The translations under genes and the position numbers were made by a program. Shown here piece after piece: positions 53,096-62,775 of a DNA stretch of 64,000 nt. Location of the stretch: the NCBI GenBank assembly GCA_963796965.1, contig CAWCNS010000008.1, positions 332,379-396,378 on the forward strand, given 5' to 3'. Below the pieces are notes generated by a model, which had not been told where the DNA came from, searched no databases, and saw only the letters and a program-made list of their open reading frames with translations. How positions within the stretch are numbered: the first letter of the stretch is position 1; the number at the start of each line of letters is the position of its first letter. The stretch comes from Calditrichia bacterium (GTDB taxonomy: Bacteria; Calditrichota; Calditrichia; JAJRVZ01).

Positions 53096-55111
53096 GTGGA
53101 AAACAAATATTTAAAATTATATAAAAAAATCATCATTGTGGCTGGCTCGATTTTCTTGCTGACTTCAATTCTTATGTTTTACCATGAGAGTATCTCACCA
53201 GAATGGAAAAATAATCAAAGATCCTATGATGATTTTTTCCAAACAATTGATACGCTTAATGGTGAGAGTCACCTGACGATGGGTCTGAGACAAATAGAAA
53301 TCGAAGAATTTAATCATACAGACCGATGTATTACCTGCCATCTGGGAATAGATAAAATTGACCAAAAATCAACCACATTATCATTTGCCAGCCATCCCGG
53401 TGATATGTTTCGTTCTCATGATCTCGCGTCCTTTGGATGCACACTTTGTCATGTAGGCAATGGCCGGTCACTCAAATACAATGAAACCTGCAATCCTGAT
53501 TATATTATTGATTGGAGACCTGTCGAATCCAGCTGTAGTAAATGCCATCTGACCTTTTATGACAGTTCCCTGAGCACCAGGCTGCCAAAAGATATAGTGA
53601 AAGGTCGTAGTTTATTGTATAAAAGTGGTTGCCTGGGTTGTCACAAACTTCGTCATGTGGGTGGTCGTTTCGGCCCCGACCTGACAGAATTAGGAGATAA
53701 AATCCGCCAGGGTTACGATTTTAAAAACATCCAGGGAAAGAAGTCCATATTTAACTGGCATCGTGAACATTTCGCCAACCCTGAGAAAGTCAGCCCGGGG
53801 ACAATTATGCCTGATTTTTCGTTTGATCCTGGCCAGATAGAATCCCTTACCACACTCGTCCTTGGATTTTCTGAGCCAAAACTTCCTTTTCGTTATTATG
53901 ACCTTTCCGTATTAAGTGAATTTAAAGGAGAAAGAAAAAAACTCGACGCAGAAAGTACCTATACATTAATTTGTAGCGCCTGCCATGAACAAGAGGGTTT
54001 AGGAAGAAAATATGAGAAAAATATTTTTGGCGTACCGGGATTGGCCAATCCGGATTTCCAGGCAGCAGCTTCTCTGGAAATGATCAGTTTCATCATTCAG
54101 GAAGGACGTGGAAGTAAATACATGCCATCATGGAAAGCAAGACATTCAGGTTTAAAGGATGATGAATTACTTCAGTTAACTGAACGTATACGAAATCTTT
54201 GGAGAAGCGGACAAACATTTGCAGAGGTCCGGGCAGCATCTTATAATATTTTAGAAGGGAATCAAATATATCTTGACAATTGCAGCACTTGTCATCAAAA
54301 TGATAAAAGTGGAGGTATTGGACCTTCTCTTAATAGCAAATCCTTTGGTTCATTTGCATCGGAAAAATTTCTCTTTACAACCCTAATGAATGGCAGACCG
54401 AACACTGCGATGCCATCCTGGACCCGGTTTGATGCTGAAGCACTTCATAGTATAATCAGGTATCTGCAGCCAAGGGCGAAAAATGTAATTGAGCGACAAA
54501 CCACGGAAGTAAGTAATTCCAGGATAAAAAAGGGTCAGGATATCTATCATTATCATTGTAGCAGATGTCATGGTGAAGAAGGAAATGGTGGTATCGGACC
54601 GGCCATCTTGAAAAGAGGATTTTTGAAAGCGGCCAGCGATGAATTCATCATTGGAATTGTTAAGACTGGTCGTGGCCACACACCTATGTTTGCAGCAATT
54701 CAAAATGAGGGAGACCTTCAGGATCTTATCCATTTCATGAGGCAACGGCAAACATTTATTGGAGAATATATTCACCCCGGTCCAACTTTGGGTGATCCCG
54801 GGTCAGGAAAAAAAATCTTTCAAAAACTCTGCTCTGATTGCCACGGAAAATTAGGGGAAGGAATTAAAGCAACGGCGCTGAATAATCAGGAGTTTCTTAA
54901 TGCAGCGACAAATGGCTACCTTCTGGCTACCATGACAATGGGAAGAGAAAATACACCAATGCCTGAATGGGGTAAAACCACAGATGAGCACAAAGCGTTA
55001 TCAACAAAAGTGAGGCATGATCTTGCGGCTTTTATCCGTCAATGGCAAATATTAACAATCAAACGTGAAACAACCGACCCAATTTATCGTCTGCTCACTC
55101 CTGAAAAATAA
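53096..55111 (+). CDS. Membrane-anchored octaheme c-type cytochrome, probable c subunit of the Rieske/cytb complex
   Basis: Eight CxxCH motifs (CITCH, CTLCH, CSKCH, CLGCH, CSACH, CSTCH, CSRCH, CSDCH); the last five are in class I domains with distal Met (xMP/PM). Confidence 0.88.
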   Translation: MENKYLKLYKKIIIVAGSIFLLTSILMFYHESISPEWKNNQRSYDDFFQTIDTLNGESHLTMGLRQIEIEEFNHTDRCITCHLGIDKIDQKSTTLSFASHPGDMFRSHDLASFGCTLCHVGNGRSLKYNETCNPDYIIDWRPVESSCSKCHLTFYDSSLSTRLPKDIVKGRSLLYKSGCLGCHKLRHVGGRFGPDLTELGDKIRQGYDFKNIQGKKSIFNWHREHFANPEKVSPGTIMPDFSFDPGQIESLTTLVLGFSEPKLPFRYYDLSVLSEFKGERKKLDAESTYTLICSACHEQEGLGRKYEKNIFGVPGLANPDFQAAASLEMISFIIQEGRGSKYMPSWKARHSGLKDDELLQLTERIRNLWRSGQTFAEVRAASYNILEGNQIYLDNCSTCHQNDKSGGIGPSLNSKSFGSFASEKFLFTTLMNGRPNTAMPSWTRFDAEALHSIIRYLQPRAKNVIERQTTEVSNSRIKKGQDIYHYHCSRCHGEEGNGGIGPAILKRGFLKAASDEFIIGIVKTGRGHTPMFAAIQNEGDLQDLIHFMRQRQTFIGEYIHPGPTLGDPGSGKKIFQKLCSDCHGKLGEGIKATALNNQEFLNAATNGYLLATMTMGRENTPMPEWGKTTDEHKALSTKVRHDLAAFIRQWQILTIKRETTDPIYRLLTPEK

Positions 55112-55279
55112 ACCCCACTAGTTAAATCAATATTCTAACACAGTTTTTATATATTGTATCACGGAGCGACACGAAGATTACACGAAGATTTTTTTGATTT
55201 GTTGATTTATGTAATTACTATTATGAGTCTCACGCAGAGTCACAAAGTCGCAGAGAAAATAATCAAGAATTCCAAATTT

Positions 55280-56322
55280 TCAATACTTCCATCCAAAACT
55301 AATCGTAATTCCCCAGTCATTTTTGCTCGCTCCCGATTCAGAGGGTTGATTATCAAAATTATCATAGAGGGTTAGTTTCCAGAAAAGATCTGAAAAGATT
55401 TCCCATTTCAAATTAGAATTAAAGTTAAATCGAATCCTACCCGGTGTTGTGATACCAGGATAGAGTTTGAAAGTTGTGGTAATATCCACTTCAGGTTCAT
55501 CATAGATAAATCTCTTGTGCTGCACGTACCCAACCCCTTCAAGATTTGTAGTACTACCAGACTGCTTGGTCTTTCCACTCCTGTGTAAGCTGAAGACCAG
55601 CAACAGCGGCTAAAAGATTTGTATTTGTACGGAATAAATCTTTTCCGCCACCTCCTCCGGCTAAAACACGCAGATCCAGACCCAACTCCGTATTTCTTTC
55701 AAAACCCGTAAAGCCTGTAAAAAACCATCGATATAAAAAAAATCGGGCTAAATAATAATTTAAATCAATATTTTCAGAGGGTACTGTATCTATTTTAGCT
55801 GTAACAATCGAATTGAAGGTTAGATCATGTCTCCATTGCCAACTTTGCAAGGAACTACTAATATTTGAACTCAATTGGGCCACATCACTTGCTTTTGTAT
55901 AGCTAAAGCCCAGATCAATGGAAAGTATTAATCTATCAAGAATTTTATCTTTTACCGGTATTATCCGAACAACCTCATCAAATTCAGTACGGTAAATTGA
56001 GTGGAAAATTTAGGATCAGATGGTTGGTCACCGAATCCGTATCGAGTGAGCCCAAAAAGTCATAGCCATTTTCTAATTCTATCCGAAAAGCTTCCTTTGC
56101 CCGCAAAAAGACGATTTTATTCCATTCAATACTAACCGTTTTCATGGCATCTGTTTTAAAGTCCAGACGGGCAAATTCCATTTTTTTTAACTCACCGGTT
56201 AGATGGTCTCCATTATTCAGAATTATAATATCCGTTTTAGCAGATTCAGAAACCTGAACGTAGATCAAAAAAAGAAAAATGATTTGAAGTATTGATATTT
56301 GATTATATCTTTTAGTCATCAT
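55280..56322 (-). CDS. DUF481-like outer-membrane beta-barrel protein; frameshifted
   Basis: KTDIIILNNGDHLTGELK; ERNTELGLDLR..GGGGG; NDWGITISFGWKY terminus; three ORFs join. Confidence 0.75.
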
Positions 56323-56377
56323 TGTATAAAAACTGCTCTAAAACTATGTTTCTTATAAAGAATAAATATTAGACACA

Positions 56378-56440
56378 TGTCACCCTGAATTTAATTCAGG
56401 GTCTCTTTAATATAGATTCTGAAATAAATTCAGAATGACA
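56378..56440. repeat. Family C element (two inverted hairpins)
   Basis: TGTCACCCTGAATTTAATTCAGGGTCT ... AGATTCTGAAATAAATTCAGAATGACA. Confidence 0.8.
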
Positions 56441-56488
56441 TAATTATTTAGTATTACAATACAAGAATCACAATACTGATTAATTATC

Positions 56489-58612
56489 CTAAAGTACTTT
56501 CACAACCAAAATTGTGATATCATCATCCTGTGGTTGGGGCGCTGTATATTCTAAAACCGCATCAACCACTGACTGACATATTTCTTTGGATGTTTTATCT
56601 ATATTCTTCTTGATCACATCCATCATCCGATCTTTGCCAAACATTTCTTCACTGGAATTCTCCGCTTCCCAGATCCCATCAGTTCCAAGAACTATGATAT
56701 CTCCTGTGTTCAAATCAACCGGACCTTCCTGATCGAAATCCATATCAGGAACGAAACCGAGTGGCACGCCAATGCTCTTTAGTTCCTGGGTTTCACCCTT
56801 CTCCTTTTGATACCAAATTGCCGGATCATGTCCGCCTAACGTCCAGGATATGGTCTTTTTTTTGTCATCCAGCAAACCATAAAACAAAGTAATAAATTTA
56901 TCTGTATCAGTATCTTGAACTAACTCATTATTAAACTCTCTCATAATTCTGGATAAATCATAAGCGTAATGGCGGATATTGTTCCGCAGCATGCTTCTGG
57001 CAGAAGCCATGAGGAGGGCAGCGCCTATACCATGTCCGGTAACATCACCCAGGATAATACTTATTTTCCCTGGCTCTATCTCATCAAAACTGACAAAATC
57101 ATAATAGTCACCACCAGTCTCGTCACTATACTTACATAGTCCTGCAAGGTCAAAGTTCTCTGAATGAGGCGCTTCTTTCGGAAGCAATCTTTGCTGGATT
57201 GCCCGGGCGACTTCCAAAGAACTTTGCATTTTTTCATGTTCCCTCAATTTGGGACCAATCTGGTTAAAGACGCCCCCCAGTTGCTCCAATTCATCTCCGG
57301 TTTTTATTTCCACTCTGGCATCATAATCTCCATCAGCCAATTTATTCCCGGCAAGAGCCAATTTATCAATTGGTTGGGTAAAAGCACGTGCTCTTCTGTA
57401 CGAAATCACAATAACAAGCACTATAACAACAATGGCAAAAAGGGCTGTATAACGAATCAAATCAAGATTTTTCTCCCACAAAAAGTCTTCGGTTTCTTTT
57501 ACCAGACGTGTCAGGTTTTCATAGGGAACAATAAGAATAGGATAGACTTGCTTTCCGGTAAATCCGCGATAAGCCCATAGTGATTTCTTGTCTCTATAGG
57601 GTAAAACTCTTACCCCTGAATTACCATCCAACATGTCTTCTTCGAAGGCCGCGAATGCTTCCTTTCCTGAAGAACCCAGTGATTCAAGTTCCAAAGGTTT
57701 ATCCCAGCGACGTGCCTGATCACCATAATTCATCCTGGCCAGAATCTTCAATTTATGTGATTCATCATCGCTGCTCCGGGATACGAGCATCGCCTCTGCC
57801 CCTGAAGACCATTCAGGTTTAATTCGAAGCCATTGAAACAACTCAGACAGGTTAAAATCCAAACCCACTACGCCAGCCACCGATCCGTTTGGATATCGAA
57901 CAGACCTGGAAATCGTGATAATGGGATTCCGGGTTGAGGCATCAATGTAGGGGGCTGATACCTGGATCTCATCAGTATCAATAGCATCCTTATACCAATT
58001 CCGCTCTTTCGGATCATATCCTTCCGGGATCGTTGATCCTGCAGGATAAGTTAAATGGAGATTGTTTCCTATAGTGGTGTGCATCCAGTAAATAATATCC
58101 GGTTGCATCTGAAAGAGGCGGTAATACTGACTTGTCATAGACGACATCCGTGCCATGTCCGAGGTTAAGCGGGGATTTTTTGCACCTTTTACAATAATAT
58201 AGTTCTGACGACGGAAACTAACATCAATCGGTAATTTATTGTTTGCCTCGTCAATGTAAAAATAGTTTCTGTCAGACAGTTTTACTTTTTTTAAATTCCG
58301 GTCAAATCCTAAAGTTGATTGCTGCCTGTCAAATTTGTTTGGGGCGGGACGTGTGAGCGCTTTTTCAACCTCAACCGCCTGCAATTCAGTAACATTTAAT
58401 AATACCTGTACATTGGATTTCAATAATTCATCGAAATCCTCAACAACATCTTGAAGCGTATATACAGCATTTTCTTCAAGCATCATTCTGATATCAGACG
58501 ATACCTGATCCCGAATCACATTAAGTATAACACGGTTGAGAGTTACAACACCGATTAGGGGAATAAGAGTAATCCCTAATAATAGGATCATTAATTTTCG
58601 TCGAATACTCAC
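56489..58612 (-). CDS. Membrane sensor with Cache, HAMP and SpoIIE/PP2C (RsbU-like) phosphatase domains
   Basis: YDPKERNWY, APYIDA, DELEQL, ARAIQQRLLP, GGDYYD, GDVTGHG, TDGIWE, QDDDIT. Confidence 0.92.
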   Translation of the reverse strand: MSIRRKLMILLLGITLIPLIGVVTLNRVILNVIRDQVSSDIRMMLEENAVYTLQDVVEDFDELLKSNVQVLLNVTELQAVEVEKALTRPAPNKFDRQQSTLGFDRNLKKVKLSDRNYFYIDEANNKLPIDVSFRRQNYIIVKGAKNPRLTSDMARMSSMTSQYYRLFQMQPDIIYWMHTTIGNNLHLTYPAGSTIPEGYDPKERNWYKDAIDTDEIQVSAPYIDASTRNPIITISRSVRYPNGSVAGVVGLDFNLSELFQWLRIKPEWSSGAEAMLVSRSSDDESHKLKILARMNYGDQARRWDKPLELESLGSSGKEAFAAFEEDMLDGNSGVRVLPYRDKKSLWAYRGFTGKQVYPILIVPYENLTRLVKETEDFLWEKNLDLIRYTALFAIVVIVLVIVISYRRARAFTQPIDKLALAGNKLADGDYDARVEIKTGDELEQLGGVFNQIGPKLREHEKMQSSLEVARAIQQRLLPKEAPHSENFDLAGLCKYSDETGGDYYDFVSFDEIEPGKISIILGDVTGHGIGAALLMASARSMLRNNIRHYAYDLSRIMREFNNELVQDTDTDKFITLFYGLLDDKKKTISWTLGGHDPAIWYQKEKGETQELKSIGVPLGFVPDMDFDQEGPVDLNTGDIIVLGTDGIWEAENSSEEMFGKDRMMDVIKKNIDKTSKEICQSVVDAVLEYTAPQPQDDDITILVVKVL

Positions 58613-58691
58613 AGTAACGCTCCCAACTTTTATTGCTACAAAATACTTTACTGTTTTAGCAAAGTTTTATCTAAAGTGTTCAATTTTTTTT

Positions 58692-58859
58692 TAAACGCAA
58701 AGACGCAGAGGATGCGCAAAGAGCGCAAAGTTTTTTATTGGTTTTTAGATTGTTCTTTTGCATAGAATTTTGCTTAAAAATCTTGATTTAGATTTAGCAC
58801 GATCTAAAACCCTAAATTTTCTTTGCGTACCTTGCGAAATCTTTGCGTCCTTGCGGTTA
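58692..58859. repeat. Family A element
   Basis: TAAACGCAAAGACGCAGAGGATGCGCAAAGAGCGCAAAG ... CTTTGCGTACCTTGCGAAATCTTTGCGTCCTTGCGGTTA. Confidence 0.85.
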
Positions 58860-59037
58860 AGAAATCCGTGTAAATCTGGCCAAAGGGCCCGTTTTACGGG
58901 TGAAATCAGTGGTTACTAAATTCTTTTTCTTATATTTGATTGCCCCCCTTATTACAGGGTCAAAGGACACGTAGAACGGGCCTTTTGGCCTCGTTATACG
59001 AGGGCGTTATGAATAGGTCAGGATAAATGGATCTCCC

Positions 59038-59331
59038 CTACTTCTTCTTGTAATGAGAAAGAAAATAATTAAACGAGTTCTTCAATGCCTTGCGGGTCAA
59101 ATCGACATGCCCCTTAACCTCATCCCATGTCTCTTCACTGCTGTTTTTGGCGGATTCAATGTTTTTTTGTGCGTCTTTGAGCATCTTTCTCAATTCAACA
59201 GATTGTTCCTCATATATCTTTTTTGCTTCACCTGTTAAATCTTTGACCTTTGCTTCAACATCATCAAGTTGGGAATTGAACTCATCCACTTGTTTTTTTG
59301 CTTTTTCGATTAAAGCATGTCGATCTGACAT
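59038..59331 (-). CDS. Small coiled-coil hypothetical protein
   Basis: MSDRHALIEKAK..WDEVK; AGGAG RBS upstream. Confidence 0.7.
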   Translation of the reverse strand: MSDRHALIEKAKKQVDEFNSQLDDVEAKVKDLTGEAKKIYEEQSVELRKMLKDAQKNIESAKNSSEETWDEVKGHVDLTRKALKNSFNYFLSHYKKK

Positions 59332-59519
59332 TCTTTTCTCCTTTTTTATTATTATCCTGTAATTTATCGAATTACTGCTATAAGTATCAATAAATCTTAA
59401 ACTCATTAAATCAAATAAATCTTCCACAAATCAGTAAAACCATAGAATATAATATAAAAAAATGAATCAGCTAAAGAAATTTGCCCGGTAATAAGAAAAT
59501 GATTATCATTTGACAGCCC

Positions 59520-59649
59520 AGATACCTGATGCTCGATACTGGATTCTCGATACTGGAAGTAGTTATAGGAAAGTAATTCTTCCAGGATATATTTTAAAAT
59601 CTTTAATCGAGGATCGAGATCGAGTATCCAGTATCGAGAATCCAGTATC
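59520..59649. repeat. Family B variant (GATACTG/GATNCTC 7-nt period) inverted-repeat element
   Basis: GATGCTCGATACTGGATTCTCGATACTGGA ... GATCGAGTATCCAGTATCGAGAATCCAGTATC. Confidence 0.8.
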
Positions 59650-59682
59650 ACTATAAATATCCTAACTTAAAAAGAAATTATA

Positions 59683-60707
59683 ATGTTAGTAGAACTTGTA
59701 GAACACGCCCTAATGATCACAGGATTTGTATTTTTAATGATGCTTCTTGTCGAGTATCTCAATGTTCTAAGTGGTGGGCGATGGCAGAATAAGTTAAAAG
59801 ACAATCGTATCAGGAACTATTTATTAGCCGGCCCTTCTTGGTGCCATTCCCGGTTGTCTTGGTGCCTACATGGTAGTTTCCCTTTATACCCATCGCCTGG
59901 TTAGCCTGGGAGCGTTAGTAACAGTAATGATTGCAACTTCAGGGGATGAGGCATTCGTCATGTTTTCAATGTTTCCTGGCTGGGCTGCCTGGTTAACTAT
60001 TCTTCTTATGGGAATTGGAATTGGGGTCGGATATTTGACAGACCTGATATCAAAGGGCCGTGACTCTTTCCTCAAGACGGCAGATCATGAGTTAGAAATT
60101 CATCCCGAGGATCTCTCCGATTATTTTTCACCGGCTGGAACATACTCACAATTAAGAAATATAAGTTTTCCCAGAGCCCTTCTTATCTCCATGCTGTTAT
60201 TATTTATTATTACTATTTTACTTGATATCATTGGCCCAAAGACCTGGGACTGGCAAAAGATATCATTTATTAGCCGGTGCCTTTCTTGCCTTTTTTATCA
60301 TCCTTACTGTCCCTGATCATTTTCTTGAAGAGCATTTATGGCATCATGTTTTAAAGCGGCATTTTCTGCGCATACTTGTCTGGACATTCGGTGCTCTCGT
60401 CGTTATTCATGGTCTCGAGGAGTATTGGGACGTCTCCGGATGGATCGCGACAAATCATGTGAGTACATTAGGATTAGCACTCCTTGTGGGTCTTATTCCG
60501 GAATCTGGTCCCCATTTATTATTTGTCACCCTGTTTGCCAGTGGAGCAATCCCTTTCATCATATTAATTGCCAGTTCCATTGTCCAGGATGGACATGCTA
60601 TGCTTCCATCTATTGGCCGTCTCAAAAAGAGCATTTATCTGGGTAAAATTAATCAATCTGATTGCAGGTATAGTGGTTGGTATTATCGGATTGTTGTTAC
60701 TCCTATA
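59683..60707 (+). CDS. Putative manganese/arsenic-efflux type permease (DUF2899-like); frameshifted
   Basis: ITGFV..MLLVEYLN, IPGCLGA (alternative frame), IATSGDEAF, HFLEEHLW.H, IPESGPH, SIVQDGH. Confidence 0.75.
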
Positions 60708-61310
60708 GAGGAGCAACAGTTGTATTTATCCGCGCTATTCAGTGGTTTATGTTATAAACGTTGAGTTTGAGGAGATATTTTTATAATTCGTGAAAATCCG
60801 TGGACCAAATTCTTTGCGAACTTTGCATAACCATTGCGTCTTTGCAGTTAATAACACTTAAGCAGTTAACCTAAAAATATTTGCATCTTCCTCGATTTGG
60901 CCTTCTTTTATAAGGTATTTTAAAAATTTCGTTTCGGTACTTGAAATACAACTATCTAAAAAATAGATTGTAAAGCCATTTAAAAAAACAAGTTGATTGA
61001 TTTTCAACGGAAAAGATCTATGGATCTTTATGAAAAAGATTTATATTTCCGGGAGTAAAAGAAGAATAGATCTTGGGGTATAAGATTTATATAACTATAG
61101 GTAAAAGATCTATGCATCTCTTACTAAAAGAAATATCTTTCTATTCCTCAAAGTTTTATAGATCTTTTCTCAGAAGATTTATTGAACTTTTTTGAAAAGA
61201 TTAATCTATTTAATATCAAAAAAGACAATACATTTTCATCTTAATTTAAGGATTAAAATCTTTGTGACGATAATAATTATTGATTTAATTATTTTGGGAG
61301 GATTTTTACA

Positions 61311-62393
61311 TTGAAAAAATATATCCAGATTGTTGCTATACTAGGCTTAATATTAGTACTCGATTATTGTGGTACATCAACACAGGTAAAAGTATTAAAG
61401 CCGGCTGAACTTGATGTAGGGGAGGTTAAAAAAGTAGCCGTTCTCGATTTTGATTTTATGGGAAGTTGGGATTTCGCCAGCGAGAATGAGACCCCAACCA
61501 CTCTTAAACAGTTGGGTGGCATGCTGATGAAAAATATGTTCGAGACCAAAAAACCACCCGATCCCTATGAAGCATATCCGGGTAGAAATATATCTGATAA
61601 CCTTGTTTCCAGACTCGTTACCAATAAATATTATACGGTAATTGAAAGAGCGGAAATCTCAAAAGTTCTCGATGAACAGGCTTTATCATTAAGCGGACTA
61701 ATTGAAGAGAGTCAAGCGGCAGAAGTTGGCAAACTTCTAGGGGCCGAAGGCCTGATCATGGGATCTGGCACCTACTCAATAAAAGATAATGGTAAATGGG
61801 AAACTTATAAAGTTAAAAAAGAGGAGAAGAAACGGTACCGGCTTTACAGAGGTGTAACGGTAAATATAAATTTTAAAATTGTAAATGTTACAACCGGAAC
61901 GATTGTTGTTTCTAAAACGAATTCTGCCTCGAACGGGAAGAGTAATAAGTATTCATCTACAGGAAAAAACGAAAAAGCCGCTATAAAAGCAGTTCCCGAT
62001 TGGCGTCCCATTGTTGATGAACTGGTGAACAGGGTTCTGTCTACGACGATTAATCAAATTGCCCCCCATTATGTAACCGAGAGCCGCAAGATTGAAGAGG
62101 GCGAGTCAGATCAGATGGAGGCTGCTGTCGAATATGTCAAACGTGACCTCTGGGACGATGCCGTCGAAATATGGGAAATCGTATTACAGAATCCCTCCGC
62201 AGAACAAGAGGATAAGGTCGCAGCCACTTATAATATTGGCCTATACTATGAACTCATTGGACAGTTGGATATGGCTGAAGAGTATTTTGACAAGGCTTTT
62301 AAAATGTCTGGCAATGATGATTATCTGGATTCAAAAGCCCGTGTCAACAGACGTAGGAAAGAGTTAAAACGTTTGCAAGAACAGCAGGGTTAA
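61311..62393 (+). CDS. CsgG/FlgO-like lipoprotein with C-terminal TPR
   Basis: LDYC lipobox; VAVLDF, YTVIERAEISKVLDEQ, EVGKLLGAEGLIMG; TTG start after GGGAGG. Confidence 0.8.
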   Translation: MKKYIQIVAILGLILVLDYCGTSTQVKVLKPAELDVGEVKKVAVLDFDFMGSWDFASENETPTTLKQLGGMLMKNMFETKKPPDPYEAYPGRNISDNLVSRLVTNKYYTVIERAEISKVLDEQALSLSGLIEESQAAEVGKLLGAEGLIMGSGTYSIKDNGKWETYKVKKEEKKRYRLYRGVTVNINFKIVNVTTGTIVVSKTNSASNGKSNKYSSTGKNEKAAIKAVPDWRPIVDELVNRVLSTTINQIAPHYVTESRKIEEGESDQMEAAVEYVKRDLWDDAVEIWEIVLQNPSAEQEDKVAATYNIGLYYELIGQLDMAEEYFDKAFKMSGNDDYLDSKARVNRRRKELKRLQEQQG

Positions 62394-62430
62394 ATTCATA
62401 CTGCAGCGTTGCTGCCATCAAAGAAAAGAT

Positions 62431-62462
62431 GTAGAGACGCCCCGATGGGGCGTCTTTTTTTA
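62431..62462 (+). terminator. GTAG REP-derived hairpin with T-tract, probable terminator
   Basis: GTAG-AGACGCCCC-GAT-GGGGCGTCT followed by a T run, 37 nt after the stop. Confidence 0.75.
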
Positions 62463-62472
62463 TGAAATGAAG

Positions 62473-62719
62473 TCCACGCATTACACGAATTAACACGGAT
62501 TTCTAAATATCTTTTAATCCATTTTATAAACCGCGTATTCGTCATGCCGAATTTATTTCGGCATCTATAATTTCAATAAAAACAAGAATTTCTGGACTAA
62601 ACCTGTCCTAACGACAGGTCAGGATTCATGATGACGATTCCGGTTTTTCCTCAATTAGAGCAAACTCAAATATATTTTGTATAAATATTTTAATCGGTGC
62701 AGATCAGCGTAATCCGTGG
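62473..62719. repeat. Family A variant arms enclosing family C hairpins (nested element)
   Basis: TCCACGCATTACACGAATTAACACGGATT ... GTCATGCCGAATTTATTTCGGCATCT ... AATCGGTGCAGATCAGCGTAATCCGTGGA. Confidence 0.7.
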
Positions 62720-62775
62720 ATAAAAGTTTTTTAAAAATGTGCATAAAAAACTCAGTCTTCCGCTACAATATCCTA

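Noticed and set aside
60900..61300. Replication origin
   Set aside because: GATC-rich and AT-rich, but no TTATCCACA-type DnaA boxes and no origin-linked genes
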